Origin: Thermoplasmatota archaeon
GTDB lineage: Archaea; Thermoplasmatota; Poseidoniia; Poseidoniales; Thalassarchaeaceae
DNA length: 64,000 nucleotides
Assembly: GCA_036154155.1 (NCBI GenBank)
Contig: JAYZLP010000023.1
Span: 3,056 to 67,055 of the forward strand
Direction of reading: 5' to 3'
The translations under genes and the position numbers were made by a program. Below the pieces are notes generated by a model. The model made no database searches, was not told where the DNA came from, and saw nothing but the letters and a program-made list of their open reading frames with translations. Shown here in pieces: positions 9,360 through 19,642 of the stretch (positions are counted from its first letter, which is position 1; each line of letters starts with the position of its first letter).

Positions 9360-10928
9360 ATGCGCTGGGATGTTGTCGGTTTTGTATTGGGATGGACGAT
9401 CAGACTAGTCGCCCTCCCCCTAGCAATTGTAGCTGCGTACAGTTGCTACTTAGCTGAATCCGAGGGTTACGAGTTCGCTGCTAGGACATACCTCCTGCCC
9501 CTGATGATAGCAGCCATAGTGGGCCAGGGGCTGGTCTCACTTGCTAAGGGGGCTGACACCGGCTCAAGGTTACGCGACAGAGAGGCTTTCGCCTCAGTCG
9601 CTCTTGGTTGGATACCAGTGGTTCTCGTAGGGGCTCTACCATACTGGCTCGGAGGAGTATTCTACGGGCCTTTCCAACTATCCGATCCGGGCGTCGGACT
9701 CTCTGACGTACTCCTTGGTGCGGTACACTCATGGTTTGAATCAATGTCAGGATTCACCACGACCGGGGCCACCGTTATCGATCCAGCCACCAGCCCACTA
9801 TGTCAGGCCGTAACTGACTGCATAGGGTCTCAGCCAGAGAGCCTGATAGTTTGGCGTTCTGTTTCTCAGTGGCTGGGGGGAATGGGAGTGATAATGCTGG
9901 GACTACTGATACTATCCCAGGCACTGGGAGGGGGAATGACTCTAGCAAGAGCAGAATTGACTGGTCCAACCCTATCTAGACTCGGCCCCTCCCTACAATG
10001 GACGGCTAGGAGATTGTGGTCAATTTACATCGCTCTGACGATTATCGAGATCCTCCTGCTAAGGTTCGTCGGGGACATGTCCCTGTTCGATTCCGTGAAC
10101 TACTCTCTTACCACCCTATCTTCCGGGGGCTTCGGTACCACTGACGGCGGAATCATGTCCTTTGATTCTGCAAGGATAGAGTCAATCGTCATGGTTTTCA
10201 TGCTCATAACATGTATCAACTTCAGTCTGTTGCACCTCGTACTTGCAGGACGTTCGCGTGAGGCACTCAGGGACGAGGAGTTCAGAGGCTACATCCTGAT
10301 CATTCTAATTGCATGGCTAGCCATGTCGTTCAACCTCCTGCGTTCCGGGGTCGAGGGAGAAGGAGTCCTCGAGACGATGAGGCATACCGCATTCCAAGCG
10401 ATTTCAATTTCAAGCACTGGGTACTCCTCTGCTGATTTCGCCTCTTGGCCGGTATTCAGCCAATTTGTCCTTCTTTTGCTTATGATAATAGGTGCTTCTG
10501 CAGGCTCTACCGGCGGTGGGCTCAAGGTCCTCAGGATTAGAATCGCATTCGAGCTATCGAAGAGGGAGATACTCAGGATCATCAGGCCAAGGAAGGTAGT
10601 CGCTATACGACTCAATGGGGAAGTTCTGGACGATGGTAGAATTTGGACAGTGCTTGGCATGCTCAGCTCTTGGACCGTCCTTGTAACGGCTTCCATGCTT
10701 GCTCTGGCCCTATTAGAGCCGTCATTGGAAATGACTGACGTCCTGTCCATCTCGGTTTCATTACTTGGCAACACAGGCCCTGCTCTGGGGGCATTTGGAC
10801 CTACTGCGACTTGGGCCGCTCTAAGCGAACCATCCATGATTGTAGCTAGCCTACTGATGTGGCTTGGAAGGCTGGAGCTTCTAACGGTCCTCGTCCTTCT
10901 GCACCCCAAAACATGGGGCGGAGACTAG
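9360..10928 (+). CDS. trkH: K+ transporter membrane subunit TrkH
   Basis: Polytopic membrane protein with selectivity-filter-like repeats (TTTGATV, SSGGFGTT, SSTGYSS, STGGGLK). It overlaps the trkA stop by a few nt. ATG at 9360 (the track gives TTG 9354). Confidence 0.85.
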   Translation: MRWDVVGFVLGWTIRLVALPLAIVAAYSCYLAESEGYEFAARTYLLPLMIAAIVGQGLVSLAKGADTGSRLRDREAFASVALGWIPVVLVGALPYWLGGVFYGPFQLSDPGVGLSDVLLGAVHSWFESMSGFTTTGATVIDPATSPLCQAVTDCIGSQPESLIVWRSVSQWLGGMGVIMLGLLILSQALGGGMTLARAELTGPTLSRLGPSLQWTARRLWSIYIALTIIEILLLRFVGDMSLFDSVNYSLTTLSSGGFGTTDGGIMSFDSARIESIVMVFMLITCINFSLLHLVLAGRSREALRDEEFRGYILIILIAWLAMSFNLLRSGVEGEGVLETMRHTAFQAISISSTGYSSADFASWPVFSQFVLLLLMIIGASAGSTGGGLKVLRIRIAFELSKREILRIIRPRKVVAIRLNGEVLDDGRIWTVLGMLSSWTVLVTASMLALALLEPSLEMTDVLSISVSLLGNTGPALGAFGPTATWAALSEPSMIVASLLMWLGRLELLTVLVLLHPKTWGGD

Positions 10929-12424
10929 TAGGAGTCCAATGTGAATTGGGTGCTGTTCCCGTTATCAGAAGACCCCTCATCCGAAACCTCTTCCTCGGCC
11001 TCAACAGGAACAACTTCCTCTTCCGCCTCATCAAAGATTTTGATGATGCTCTTGCCTTCTCTACCACTTTTCGGGATGCCATGTAGAGCCAGGTGATCCT
11101 CCACTCCGAGGCCGAGATTTACCGACACAGAGAAGTCCCGAGAGTCGCCACCCAATGATTCGTCATGTACCGCTAGCAATATTGGCCAAATTTCCTCTCT
11201 AAATGAGGATCTACTGGTTGAGATAATATCAGCCATCTTCTCAACCACGGTACGCGATCTCCACGTCTCGCCACCCCTCCGTAGAAAATCGGGAAAACCG
11301 AGATACGGGTCAGAAGTTATTGGATTCTGAGATACCGCAGACTGGGACGTCAGGGCCGAGCCCCAATACCACGATCTGAATGCCCTATTCGTGAATTTTG
11401 TTGCCAGTGACCTATCTGCCATTTCCATGGCCGGACTAATCCTTCTAAGGCTCTTGGAATCAAACACGGATTGGTTATTCCATGCGAACCAAGCAAGCAT
11501 CTGATCCGGGTCCTTGTCGCTATTCATCAGGATGGAACTAGCCTCCTTTCCTGACTTGCTGGAGTAAACCTCTCTCATCGCTCTGAACACATCTACTTGG
11601 ACGTCTCTGACAGCTACTTCGGATAGATCCGCCACGTCTCCCGAAGAGATGTGTCCGTTGCTTATGGAACAAAGGGCCTGCAAATCCCGAACCAAAGCCC
11701 GCAAGTCACCGGGGTTAGATGCAACCAGCTCTTCCAATGCCCCAGGGTCAATGGTAAAACCCTCACTATCGAGAACTCTATGAGCAATTTTCCTCATGTC
11801 CAAATTTCCCGCTCTCTTGAATTGAACAAGCTCGGCGTAAGATAGGACCCGGTCCCTATTCCTTCTCCACGAACGCCCCGATCCCCAAAGCCTCATTGGA
11901 TCATTACAGGTCATTATTACCGGCTGCTCTGTTACACTCAAGAGTCTCAGGAGCTCAGCCTTTCCCCCAGAGTCGCCAACCAGTACTGGCCCCTCCTCGT
12001 CACTAGAAATCACCCTTTCTAACCTATCTTCAGAGATCTCTGTGAATCCTCCTCCAAGATGATCAACCTCGTCTAGGAGGATTACGGTTCTTCCGTCATT
12101 GTTAGCCCCACCTGAGAAGGCATCCAGGGAAATGTGCTGTGACCCCCTAGTAGCAGATTTCCTAATCGCAGCCGCATTCCTCTCTTCCGATGCATTCAAT
12201 TCGATAATCATCCAACCGCGCTCCTTCGCGATTGCCTTAGCTAATGTTGTCTTTCCAACACCCGGTGGACCAGAGAGCAGGATTCCCCTTTTGGCAGGCT
12301 TTTCACCCTTCTCCCAATGGTCAAGCCACCTCCTTATGGCCCTCATCTGACTGTCGTTCCCTTCCATCTCGCGAAGGCTGGAGGGCCTGTGACGTTCAGT
12401 CCAGTCCTCGTCATCCGTGACCAT
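10925..12424 (-). CDS. rfcL: Replication factor C large subunit
   Basis: WTERHRPSSLREMEGND... then LLSGPPGVGKTTLAKAIA (Walker A), DEVD (Walker B), and an SRC-like box. The likely start is MVTDDEDW. The first 24 codons of the track ORF look like an over-extension. Confidence 0.85.
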   Translation of the reverse strand: MVTDDEDWTERHRPSSLREMEGNDSQMRAIRRWLDHWEKGEKPAKRGILLSGPPGVGKTTLAKAIAKERGWMIIELNASEERNAAAIRKSATRGSQHISLDAFSGGANNDGRTVILLDEVDHLGGGFTEISEDRLERVISSDEEGPVLVGDSGGKAELLRLLSVTEQPVIMTCNDPMRLWGSGRSWRRNRDRVLSYAELVQFKRAGNLDMRKIAHRVLDSEGFTIDPGALEELVASNPGDLRALVRDLQALCSISNGHISSGDVADLSEVAVRDVQVDVFRAMREVYSSKSGKEASSILMNSDKDPDQMLAWFAWNNQSVFDSKSLRRISPAMEMADRSLATKFTNRAFRSWYWGSALTSQSAVSQNPITSDPYLGFPDFLRRGGETWRSRTVVEKMADIISTSRSSFREEIWPILLAVHDESLGGDSRDFSVSVNLGLGVEDHLALHGIPKSGREGKSIIKIFDEAEEEVVPVEAEEEVSDEGSSDNGNSTQFTLDSY

Positions 12425-12464
12425 CGTCTGTCTTGTGGAAGTGGAGCCCCTTGAAGATTCGCCG

Positions 12465-14183
12465 TCAAAACATCCCGTTAAGGCTCCTCGAGCCAATTCC
12501 TTCGATGACCATTTCTATGGGAGCCCGGATCTGCATCTGATCGTCTCTTCTTCGAACTGTCACAGTCCTGTCTTCCAATGATGTATGATCAACGGTAATC
12601 GCCCATGGCACCCCAATTTCGTCTGCTCTCGCATACCTCCTGCCAATGGACCTTGAAGTGTCAATATCTGCCCTAATGCCCGGGATTGAGTTTATTTCGG
12701 ATGCTAGATTCCTCGCCAACTCGTCCATACCATCCTTGTCGAATAGGGGTAGGACCGATACATCGTAGGGGGTTACACGTTCGTCTAGTGATAGTATTGT
12801 GTACTCTTCCCCCTCCTTCCCGCTTTCGTTGAATGCATGGTCAATAACATGCCAAATTATCCTATCAATGCCGAATGCTGGCTCAACGACATGAGGGGTG
12901 AACCACTCGCCATGCACGTTTACTTCCTCGAACCTCCTAGTTACCATCTCCGAGGTAATTTCCACAATTTCCCCCTCCCCAATATCGATAGAGAAAGGTA
13001 AATTTCCGGGGATCTCCTCCAATCTGGAGAGCGCATCAGATACATTCGAGGCCTTACCTTTGAAGATAGGCCCAATTACCGATCCAATAGGAGAAAGAAC
13101 CTCTCTCTTGACAAGAACAGGTTCCGAATACTGCCTCCACCCCCTCAGCAGATTAGTTCCTGAGTGCTCTTCGTGTGACTCAAGATCGTGACAGGTCCTG
13201 TTGGCGATTCCAACGCACTCGATCCACCCATACTCGCCAAATATCTCGCAATCCCAGCAATCTGATGCATAATGCGCCATCTCTGTACTGGTGTGTTGCC
13301 TGAATCTAATTTTCGAACCATCAATGCCGATGCCAACAAGGAAATCCCATGTTCGTGCTAGGAACCAAGCCACAGTAGGGTGCTTGATCATCCCCCTTTC
13401 AAGGGCATCAGCGAAGGATATTCTGTGAGTCTCAAGATCCCCTCCCTCGGGATCGGGAACCAATTCTACAGGGGTATCCAACCCTCCAATATCACCCATT
13501 GGCGGGTCCTGTGGATCAATGAAGTATTCCAACTCAGCCATATTAAATTCCCTTAGCCTAATCATGCCCTGCCTCGGACTAATCTCGTTCCGGTATCCCC
13601 TGCCTGTCTGCAATGCTCCAAATGGAAGCTTCTGCTTGAAATGCCGGTAAAGGGAGGGGTACAACATGAACATCCCCTGTGCAGTTTCCGGCCTCATATA
13701 GGCCTCCCTTCCTCCCTTCATTGCTCCGATGGTAGTTGGAAACATCAGGTTCATCGGTTTAGCGGGATTCCAGTTGCACTCCCCACAGTTCGGGCATGTT
13801 ACTCCCTCGGCAGAAATCACGTCGTCAATCTCTCTGCCTGAAATCGAATCAGGGTTCGGGTGTCTCCCTTCTATGAGGTGATCACTCCTGAATATGCCCT
13901 CGCAAGAAATACACTCTGACATGTGGTCATTGAACTCCCCGACATGCCCACTAGCCACAAGAACCTCCTTCGGCGTTATTGAGGGCGAGTCAATTTCTAC
14001 GACATCACCTTGGCTCGTCCAATGGTCGACCCAGGATTCTACGACCCTTCTTTTGATCCTAGCCCCAACGGGGCCGTAATCTATCAATCCAGAAACTCCT
14101 CCGTATATCTCAAAAGATGGGAGGACAATACCTCTCCTCCTCATCATGGAAGTTAGACGCTCCAATCTACCCTCTTCGGACAT
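12465..14183 (-). CDS. glyS: Glycyl-tRNA synthetase, archaeal/eukaryotic type
   Basis: MSEEGRLERLTSMMRRRGIVLPSFEIYGGVSGLIDYGPVGARIKRR is the canonical GlyRS N-terminus. Class II motifs 2 and 3 are present. 572 aa. Confidence 0.9.
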   Translation of the reverse strand: MSEEGRLERLTSMMRRRGIVLPSFEIYGGVSGLIDYGPVGARIKRRVVESWVDHWTSQGDVVEIDSPSITPKEVLVASGHVGEFNDHMSECISCEGIFRSDHLIEGRHPNPDSISGREIDDVISAEGVTCPNCGECNWNPAKPMNLMFPTTIGAMKGGREAYMRPETAQGMFMLYPSLYRHFKQKLPFGALQTGRGYRNEISPRQGMIRLREFNMAELEYFIDPQDPPMGDIGGLDTPVELVPDPEGGDLETHRISFADALERGMIKHPTVAWFLARTWDFLVGIGIDGSKIRFRQHTSTEMAHYASDCWDCEIFGEYGWIECVGIANRTCHDLESHEEHSGTNLLRGWRQYSEPVLVKREVLSPIGSVIGPIFKGKASNVSDALSRLEEIPGNLPFSIDIGEGEIVEITSEMVTRRFEEVNVHGEWFTPHVVEPAFGIDRIIWHVIDHAFNESGKEGEEYTILSLDERVTPYDVSVLPLFDKDGMDELARNLASEINSIPGIRADIDTSRSIGRRYARADEIGVPWAITVDHTSLEDRTVTVRRRDDQMQIRAPIEMVIEGIGSRSLNGMF

Positions 14184-14353
14184 GTTCGAGTCATCGACTC
14201 TCCCATCTCGCTTTCAAGCCATCCTAGCATTATGGCGCTAGAACGTCTATACTGCACTAATTGCATCACCGCCATCCCAATGCACTGTATTCCTCGAGAA
14301 GATAACATTGATGTACGTACACGAGGCCCGCCAACCGTTAGGTGCACGAAAAA

Positions 14354-17300
14354 ATGCCAATAATTGAGTACGTAGAAGACCGGATGGAGACAGAGGAGCT
14401 TTTGGAAAACCTCAGTCAACCAGTAAGGAACTGGTTCACGGACAAGTTTCCCGATTTCACGGAGCCTCAGAAGGTCGCTATACCTAGGATACTCAAGGGT
14501 GAGCACCTACTGCTCTGCTCTCCAACAGGATCGGGAAAGACGCTAACGGCCTTCCTCACAATTATCGACGACTTGGTAAGGAGATCCCTCGATGGTTCAC
14601 TCTCGGACTCCGTTCAGTGCGTCTATATCTCCCCGATTAAGGCCCTGGCTAATGACATTGAGAAGAATCTGATAGGCCCATTAGAGGAAATCAAGGAGAG
14701 GTACCTGCCCAGCAGGGCCAAGGAAATAAAAGTCGGACTAAGAACGGGAGACACCCCTCAGAGCGAGAGGGAAAAGATGCTCAGGAAACCCCCTCACATC
14801 CTTATTACAACCCCAGAATCACTCGCTCTAGGACTCGCCTCCAAGAGGTTCAGGCCAATCCTTGACGAGATGAAGTGGCTAATTATCGACGAGATGCACT
14901 CACTGGTCCCAACAAAGAGGGGGACTCACTTATCCCTAAGTATGGCCCTAATGGACTCAGTCGTGTCTTCCGAGGTCCAAAGAATCGGGATTAGCGCGAC
15001 TATGGAACCCCTTGACGCCGTCGCTGAGTTCCTAGTTGCTAGCGACTCAAGAGAGAGGGACGAGGATAATCAGAAGGTCGCCATAGCAAAAATCTCTGGA
15101 GACAGAGAATTGGACCTTGACATCATCCTCCCAACCCCCAGATTCAGCTCAACTCCCGTGAAGGAGGTCCTCGATCACAATATAGACAGGATCAAGGAAC
15201 TTGTCGAGGCACATACTACCACTCTGGTCTTCGTCAATACTAGGAATATGACCGAGACATTCGTTCAGAAGCTAAAGGTAGCAGGTTTGGAGGGCGTAGA
15301 GGGCCATCACGGATCTATGGACAAGGCAATCAGGCTAGATGTTGAGAGGCAGCTGAAGAACGGCCTTCTCCGATGCGTGGTTTCCTCCTCAAGCCTTGAG
15401 ATGGGTATAGATATCGGTTCAGTAGACCTAGTCATCCAGGTTGGGTCACCTGGATCAATAGCCACAGCTCTCCAGAGAATTGGCCGTGCTGGCCATCAGG
15501 TAGGGGGCCTTCCTCGGGCTAGGTTCCTCCCCACCTCGCCTCACGACCTACTCGAGGTGGTCGCGCTTCAAACTGCTATACTAGAGGGTGAAATGGACCT
15601 TCTAAAATTCCCTGAAAATTGCTTGGACGTGCTAGCGCAATTCCTCATTGGACTAACAATCATCAAAGAATGGGATATTGATGAGGCATTCGACCTAGTC
15701 TCCTCTTCATGGCCATACAGATCGCTTCCCTATGATGATTACATCGAGGTTCTCGACATGCTCGACGAGGAGCGTAGGCTTTGGCTAGACTGGGAAGACA
15801 ACAAGTTCGGGAAGAGAGGGTTTGCCCAGATGATATACTACACCAATATTGGAACCATAGCCCCCGATAACAACTACCTCGTATTCACAGGGGACGGGAC
15901 CCTAGTCGGACAGTTGTCATCCTCTTTCGTTTCCAGTCTCCGGAATGGCGACGTATTCCTTCTTGGAGGCTCCACATACAGGGTTGCAAGTGTAAGGGGG
16001 ACTAGGGTGAATGTTACTCCTGCAACAGGATATAGGCCCACTATACCTTCCTGGACTGGCGAGGCCAACAGCAGGACCCACGAGCTGAGCCAGGCAGTCT
16101 TGAGGCTACTGGGGCACGTATCAATTGGAATTAGGATGGGCGAAGACTCCGAGCCACTCCTGATTGACGCCCTAGGGCTCAATAGGCCAGTCGCACTAGC
16201 ATTGAAGCAGTTTCTCGATGAGCACTCCGCGACGACATTCCAGGTTCCATCAAATGACAGAATCCTAGTCGAGCAGGTAGAAGCCCCCCTTCCCACATAT
16301 GTCGTAACAACCTGCAGAGGGAGGGCATTCAATCTGGCACTGGGCTACCTTTTCGCCGGAATAGCGGCTCAGGACAATGTAATAGTTCACGAATTGTCAT
16401 TCGATGAGAATGGATTCATGGCCAAACTAAGCCACGAGGTCGAGATATCGAAAATACCCGATGTTTTCAGGAACGACTCCAGTGAGGAGGTTCTTCAGAG
16501 GTATCTCATGGATTCGCAATTGTTTGCAAAGAGATTCAGGGAAGTCTCATCAAGAAGCATGCTTAATCCTCGTAGGATAGGATCCGAGGAAGTTAGTCCC
16601 AAGCAGTTCCAACAAAAGGCAGAGGCAATCATGACAAAGCATAGGCAGTTGGATGGCTCGGTAATTATTCGAGAAGCCATGAATGAGATCATGAATGGCG
16701 ATTTGGATATGAAGCAGCTAAGGAACTTCATCATGAGGATGGATAGTGAGGATGTCAGGATTGTTCATCGAAGGGTGAAGATGCCGTCCCCTCTGGGAAT
16801 GACGCTTTTCATGTCAGCATTCGAGGACCTATTGAGCCTCAGAACTCGGGCCTACCTAATCAAGGACGTAGACCCCGAGATCCTCAGGAGGCTTCTAGGT
16901 GCTCGCTCATTGGCCACAGATCTCGACAAAGAGAGAATCGGAGAATATTACCAATCGAAGGTCGCTGTTCCGAATGACGCACTTAGCCTTCTAAGACTCA
17001 TGGATATGGGAGGGGGCTTGGAGAGGCAACTCACACACCCTCTCTACAGTGAGAAACTAAAGGGCCTCGATTTCGATACACTTAGGGGATGGGTGCACGA
17101 ATTAGCTGAGAGGGGCCTGATTACAAAGGTCCGTAATACGAACCACGAGCAAATCGATGACAAGTGGTTCTCGATGAGGATGGCCAGCGTTCATGGCACC
17201 CTGGGTTGCCTAGCCGTGGCCGGGGCTTCTGAGATGGACGATCTTAGGGCACTTTACACAGGGGGAATGACATACGAGATGGCAGAGGGCTTCAAGGGAT

Positions 17301-19642
17301 CAGAACCCGAGAGATGGGTAGAATCAAATCTCTCCGACCCCATCGACTGCCTCAGGCTAAAGCTCCTTGATATGCTGGGTTCAGAGGGCCCTCAAACATT
17401 GGAATCACTAAGTGAAAGGCTACCATTCCCCCTCGCCCAAGTTGAATCTGTCCTTCAGGAGTTGGAGATGAGAAACCTGGTTTCAATTGGCTTCTTCACT
17501 CAGACAGACGAAGGCGAGTTTATCCTGAGGGTGGATGAGTACAGAATAACAGGTGGAAGCGTCGAAGTTGTAGACTACAGGACCCTGCAGACTTTGCTTC
17601 TCCAGAAGTCATTCACCAAGTTCGACGAGCCTTCTGAGGCCATACGATCACTGGCCCTAATCCAGAGAAGGGATGAGTTGCTACACAGGGTCGACAACTA
17701 CAGGTTCAGGGATTGGAAAGATATCAAACACGATCCGGATGTATTCAATGGAAGACTCCTCCATAACCGAGTCGGCTACACAACTAGAGACCAACTTCCA
17801 ATGCTTCAGGGGCTCAGGACTGAGCCGTGGTTAGGCGCTCTTGAAACCGAGCTTCTGGAGAAGATTCCCGAGGAAGGAATTACTCGCACTGAGCTATTCT
17901 CGGAATACCCCCGAGGAAAGGAAAACCAGCACATACAGAAGAGCCTCAAGAGGGCCCTTTCCAATCTAGAGAGGCAACTTGTGGTAGCCAAGCAGTTCCT
18001 CGATATGCCTAACAGGAGGAGGTCAGTAGCGATATTCAGGAAGGTCCATGGTGCGATTGAAGCAATGCCCTTCCCCCAGGCACTCTCCACTCTGATAAAG
18101 AAAATCGGACCAGTGAGGCTACACACTCTACGCTTCTTCGTAAGCAGACCTGTCGAGGAGTTGGCAGAGGTCCTCAGAGAGCTAGAGTCTGACGGCAGCA
18201 TATGCAGAGTAGTCGCACTGCAACCAGACCCAACTGACTACTATGCTTCCCATGAAGATGCAGAGAGGCTCCTATCCCCAATGCCCGAGGATAGGGAAAT
18301 GAGGATACTTTCCCAATCAGACCCATTCTGCAGCAGGTTCATCCAGGAGGTCAGGATGATACTCAAACAGGGCTGGTACCACCCTGTCTTCAAAGGGGTC
18401 GACCCCATTGGCAGAATTCTTATGTTCGTAGTAAACGACTACCTGGAAATTAAGGACATCAACATCCCCCATTCGTATCTCGACGAATTCAAGGTGGCGT
18501 TCAACGATCTACTGGAAAACTATCGGGATAGGCTAGTGGACGTCTCAGTAATCCATGCCTTCAATGGGGTCCCAGTGCATGATTGTGACGAGAACATCCA
18601 GTCAATTCTTTCTGAATTGGGATTCTCATCCATGGGCGACGATGAGAGGTATATCAGAGGCGGAATTGTGGAACCGCGCCCCCGCCAAGAGATCAATAGG
18701 AGGCTATTCCATCGTCACAACGTCCACCAGAATAGCCGCTGGGAAAATGAGACCTTCGCCCTGAAGGATATTGACGAGCTCAGGGACGACTTCGCCTTGA
18801 GGGGACGTTGCGAGATGTTCCGTGTAGACCTCCAGTCGATGGCCGCTACAGAGCAACTACACCAAGGCACTAATCTCAGGGGCCACCAGGTCTGGGCCAG
18901 ACTGCCCCATTTCCAGAGGCTACTGACGATCCGGAACATGCAGCCCGAGGACGATGTACTGGGAATCCTCGATTTCTTCAGTAACCACAATGATCCATCT
19001 GTGTTTATGGAAAGGCTGGCAATGAAGAGGGGAGAGTTCAGGAAACTGATATCCCCATTGGTCAGGAGCGGCCATCTCGTCCAAGATTATCGCGGCGGTT
19101 TCAAGACCGTGAAACCACTTGAGGGAGTCGACCTCTGGCAGATTAAGAGTGACTACCTGAGAGACATGGTCGAGGAGTACCCTGTAATTACGATGAAGCA
19201 ATTCGAGAGGCTAGCCGGAACCCCATTCGCCCCTGAGGAAATTAGTGACGTTCTTCATGAGTTTGAGGAGGATGGCACGCTCATCAAGGGCTTCCTCGTC
19301 GATGACCAACACGACATCTCATGGGGGCGCAAGGACCTTTTGGAAGTTGAGGGGATACCCAGAACAAGAGATCTAGTAATACCTCCTTCGGACTCTCTGA
19401 TTCACTACTTTGGAGGGATTCTACGGGAAAAGTTCGGCTACGGCTCCGCCTACTTGGTGTTCCACAAGGAGGAGCCCATTGCCGCATTCAAGGCCAATAC
19501 TAGGAACGGAACCATCGATGTCACCGATTTCGTTGGCGACTCCGAGCTTGAGAAGGAGGCCCTGAGGGTGATGAAGGAGTTCGCCTGGGAGCACCAGATG
19601 CCCCTAACGGGAGAGCTATACGAAAAGCTCAGGTCAAGATGA
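14354..19642 (+). CDS. lhr: Lhr-type ATP-dependent DNA helicase (superfamily 2) with an unusually long C-terminal region
   Basis: FTEPQKVAIPRILKGEHLLLCSPTGSGKTLTAFL (Q motif plus Walker A), DEMH (motif II), an ISATMEP SAT-like motif, QRIGRAGH (motif VI), then the Lhr domain-4 region. About 1760 aa in total, with roughly 900 aa of extra C-terminal sequence. Confidence 0.8.
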   Translation: MPIIEYVEDRMETEELLENLSQPVRNWFTDKFPDFTEPQKVAIPRILKGEHLLLCSPTGSGKTLTAFLTIIDDLVRRSLDGSLSDSVQCVYISPIKALANDIEKNLIGPLEEIKERYLPSRAKEIKVGLRTGDTPQSEREKMLRKPPHILITTPESLALGLASKRFRPILDEMKWLIIDEMHSLVPTKRGTHLSLSMALMDSVVSSEVQRIGISATMEPLDAVAEFLVASDSRERDEDNQKVAIAKISGDRELDLDIILPTPRFSSTPVKEVLDHNIDRIKELVEAHTTTLVFVNTRNMTETFVQKLKVAGLEGVEGHHGSMDKAIRLDVERQLKNGLLRCVVSSSSLEMGIDIGSVDLVIQVGSPGSIATALQRIGRAGHQVGGLPRARFLPTSPHDLLEVVALQTAILEGEMDLLKFPENCLDVLAQFLIGLTIIKEWDIDEAFDLVSSSWPYRSLPYDDYIEVLDMLDEERRLWLDWEDNKFGKRGFAQMIYYTNIGTIAPDNNYLVFTGDGTLVGQLSSSFVSSLRNGDVFLLGGSTYRVASVRGTRVNVTPATGYRPTIPSWTGEANSRTHELSQAVLRLLGHVSIGIRMGEDSEPLLIDALGLNRPVALALKQFLDEHSATTFQVPSNDRILVEQVEAPLPTYVVTTCRGRAFNLALGYLFAGIAAQDNVIVHELSFDENGFMAKLSHEVEISKIPDVFRNDSSEEVLQRYLMDSQLFAKRFREVSSRSMLNPRRIGSEEVSPKQFQQKAEAIMTKHRQLDGSVIIREAMNEIMNGDLDMKQLRNFIMRMDSEDVRIVHRRVKMPSPLGMTLFMSAFEDLLSLRTRAYLIKDVDPEILRRLLGARSLATDLDKERIGEYYQSKVAVPNDALSLLRLMDMGGGLERQLTHPLYSEKLKGLDFDTLRGWVHELAERGLITKVRNTNHEQIDDKWFSMRMASVHGTLGCLAVAGASEMDDLRALYTGGMTYEMAEGFKGSEPERWVESNLSDPIDCLRLKLLDMLGSEGPQTLESLSERLPFPLAQVESVLQELEMRNLVSIGFFTQTDEGEFILRVDEYRITGGSVEVVDYRTLQTLLLQKSFTKFDEPSEAIRSLALIQRRDELLHRVDNYRFRDWKDIKHDPDVFNGRLLHNRVGYTTRDQLPMLQGLRTEPWLGALETELLEKIPEEGITRTELFSEYPRGKENQHIQKSLKRALSNLERQLVVAKQFLDMPNRRRSVAIFRKVHGAIEAMPFPQALSTLIKKIGPVRLHTLRFFVSRPVEELAEVLRELESDGSICRVVALQPDPTDYYASHEDAERLLSPMPEDREMRILSQSDPFCSRFIQEVRMILKQGWYHPVFKGVDPIGRILMFVVNDYLEIKDINIPHSYLDEFKVAFNDLLENYRDRLVDVSVIHAFNGVPVHDCDENIQSILSELGFSSMGDDERYIRGGIVEPRPRQEINRRLFHRHNVHQNSRWENETFALKDIDELRDDFALRGRCEMFRVDLQSMAATEQLHQGTNLRGHQVWARLPHFQRLLTIRNMQPEDDVLGILDFFSNHNDPSVFMERLAMKRGEFRKLISPLVRSGHLVQDYRGGFKTVKPLEGVDLWQIKSDYLRDMVEEYPVITMKQFERLAGTPFAPEEISDVLHEFEEDGTLIKGFLVDDQHDISWGRKDLLEVEGIPRTRDLVIPPSDSLIHYFGGILREKFGYGSAYLVFHKEEPIAAFKANTRNGTIDVTDFVGDSELEKEALRVMKEFAWEHQMPLTGELYEKLRSR

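Noticed and set aside
14153-14506. A 117-aa minus-strand ORF spanning the glyS–lhr divergent spacer
   Set aside because: It overlaps the 5' ends of both well-supported genes and has no recognised motif. It is most likely a chance ORF in a promoter region.
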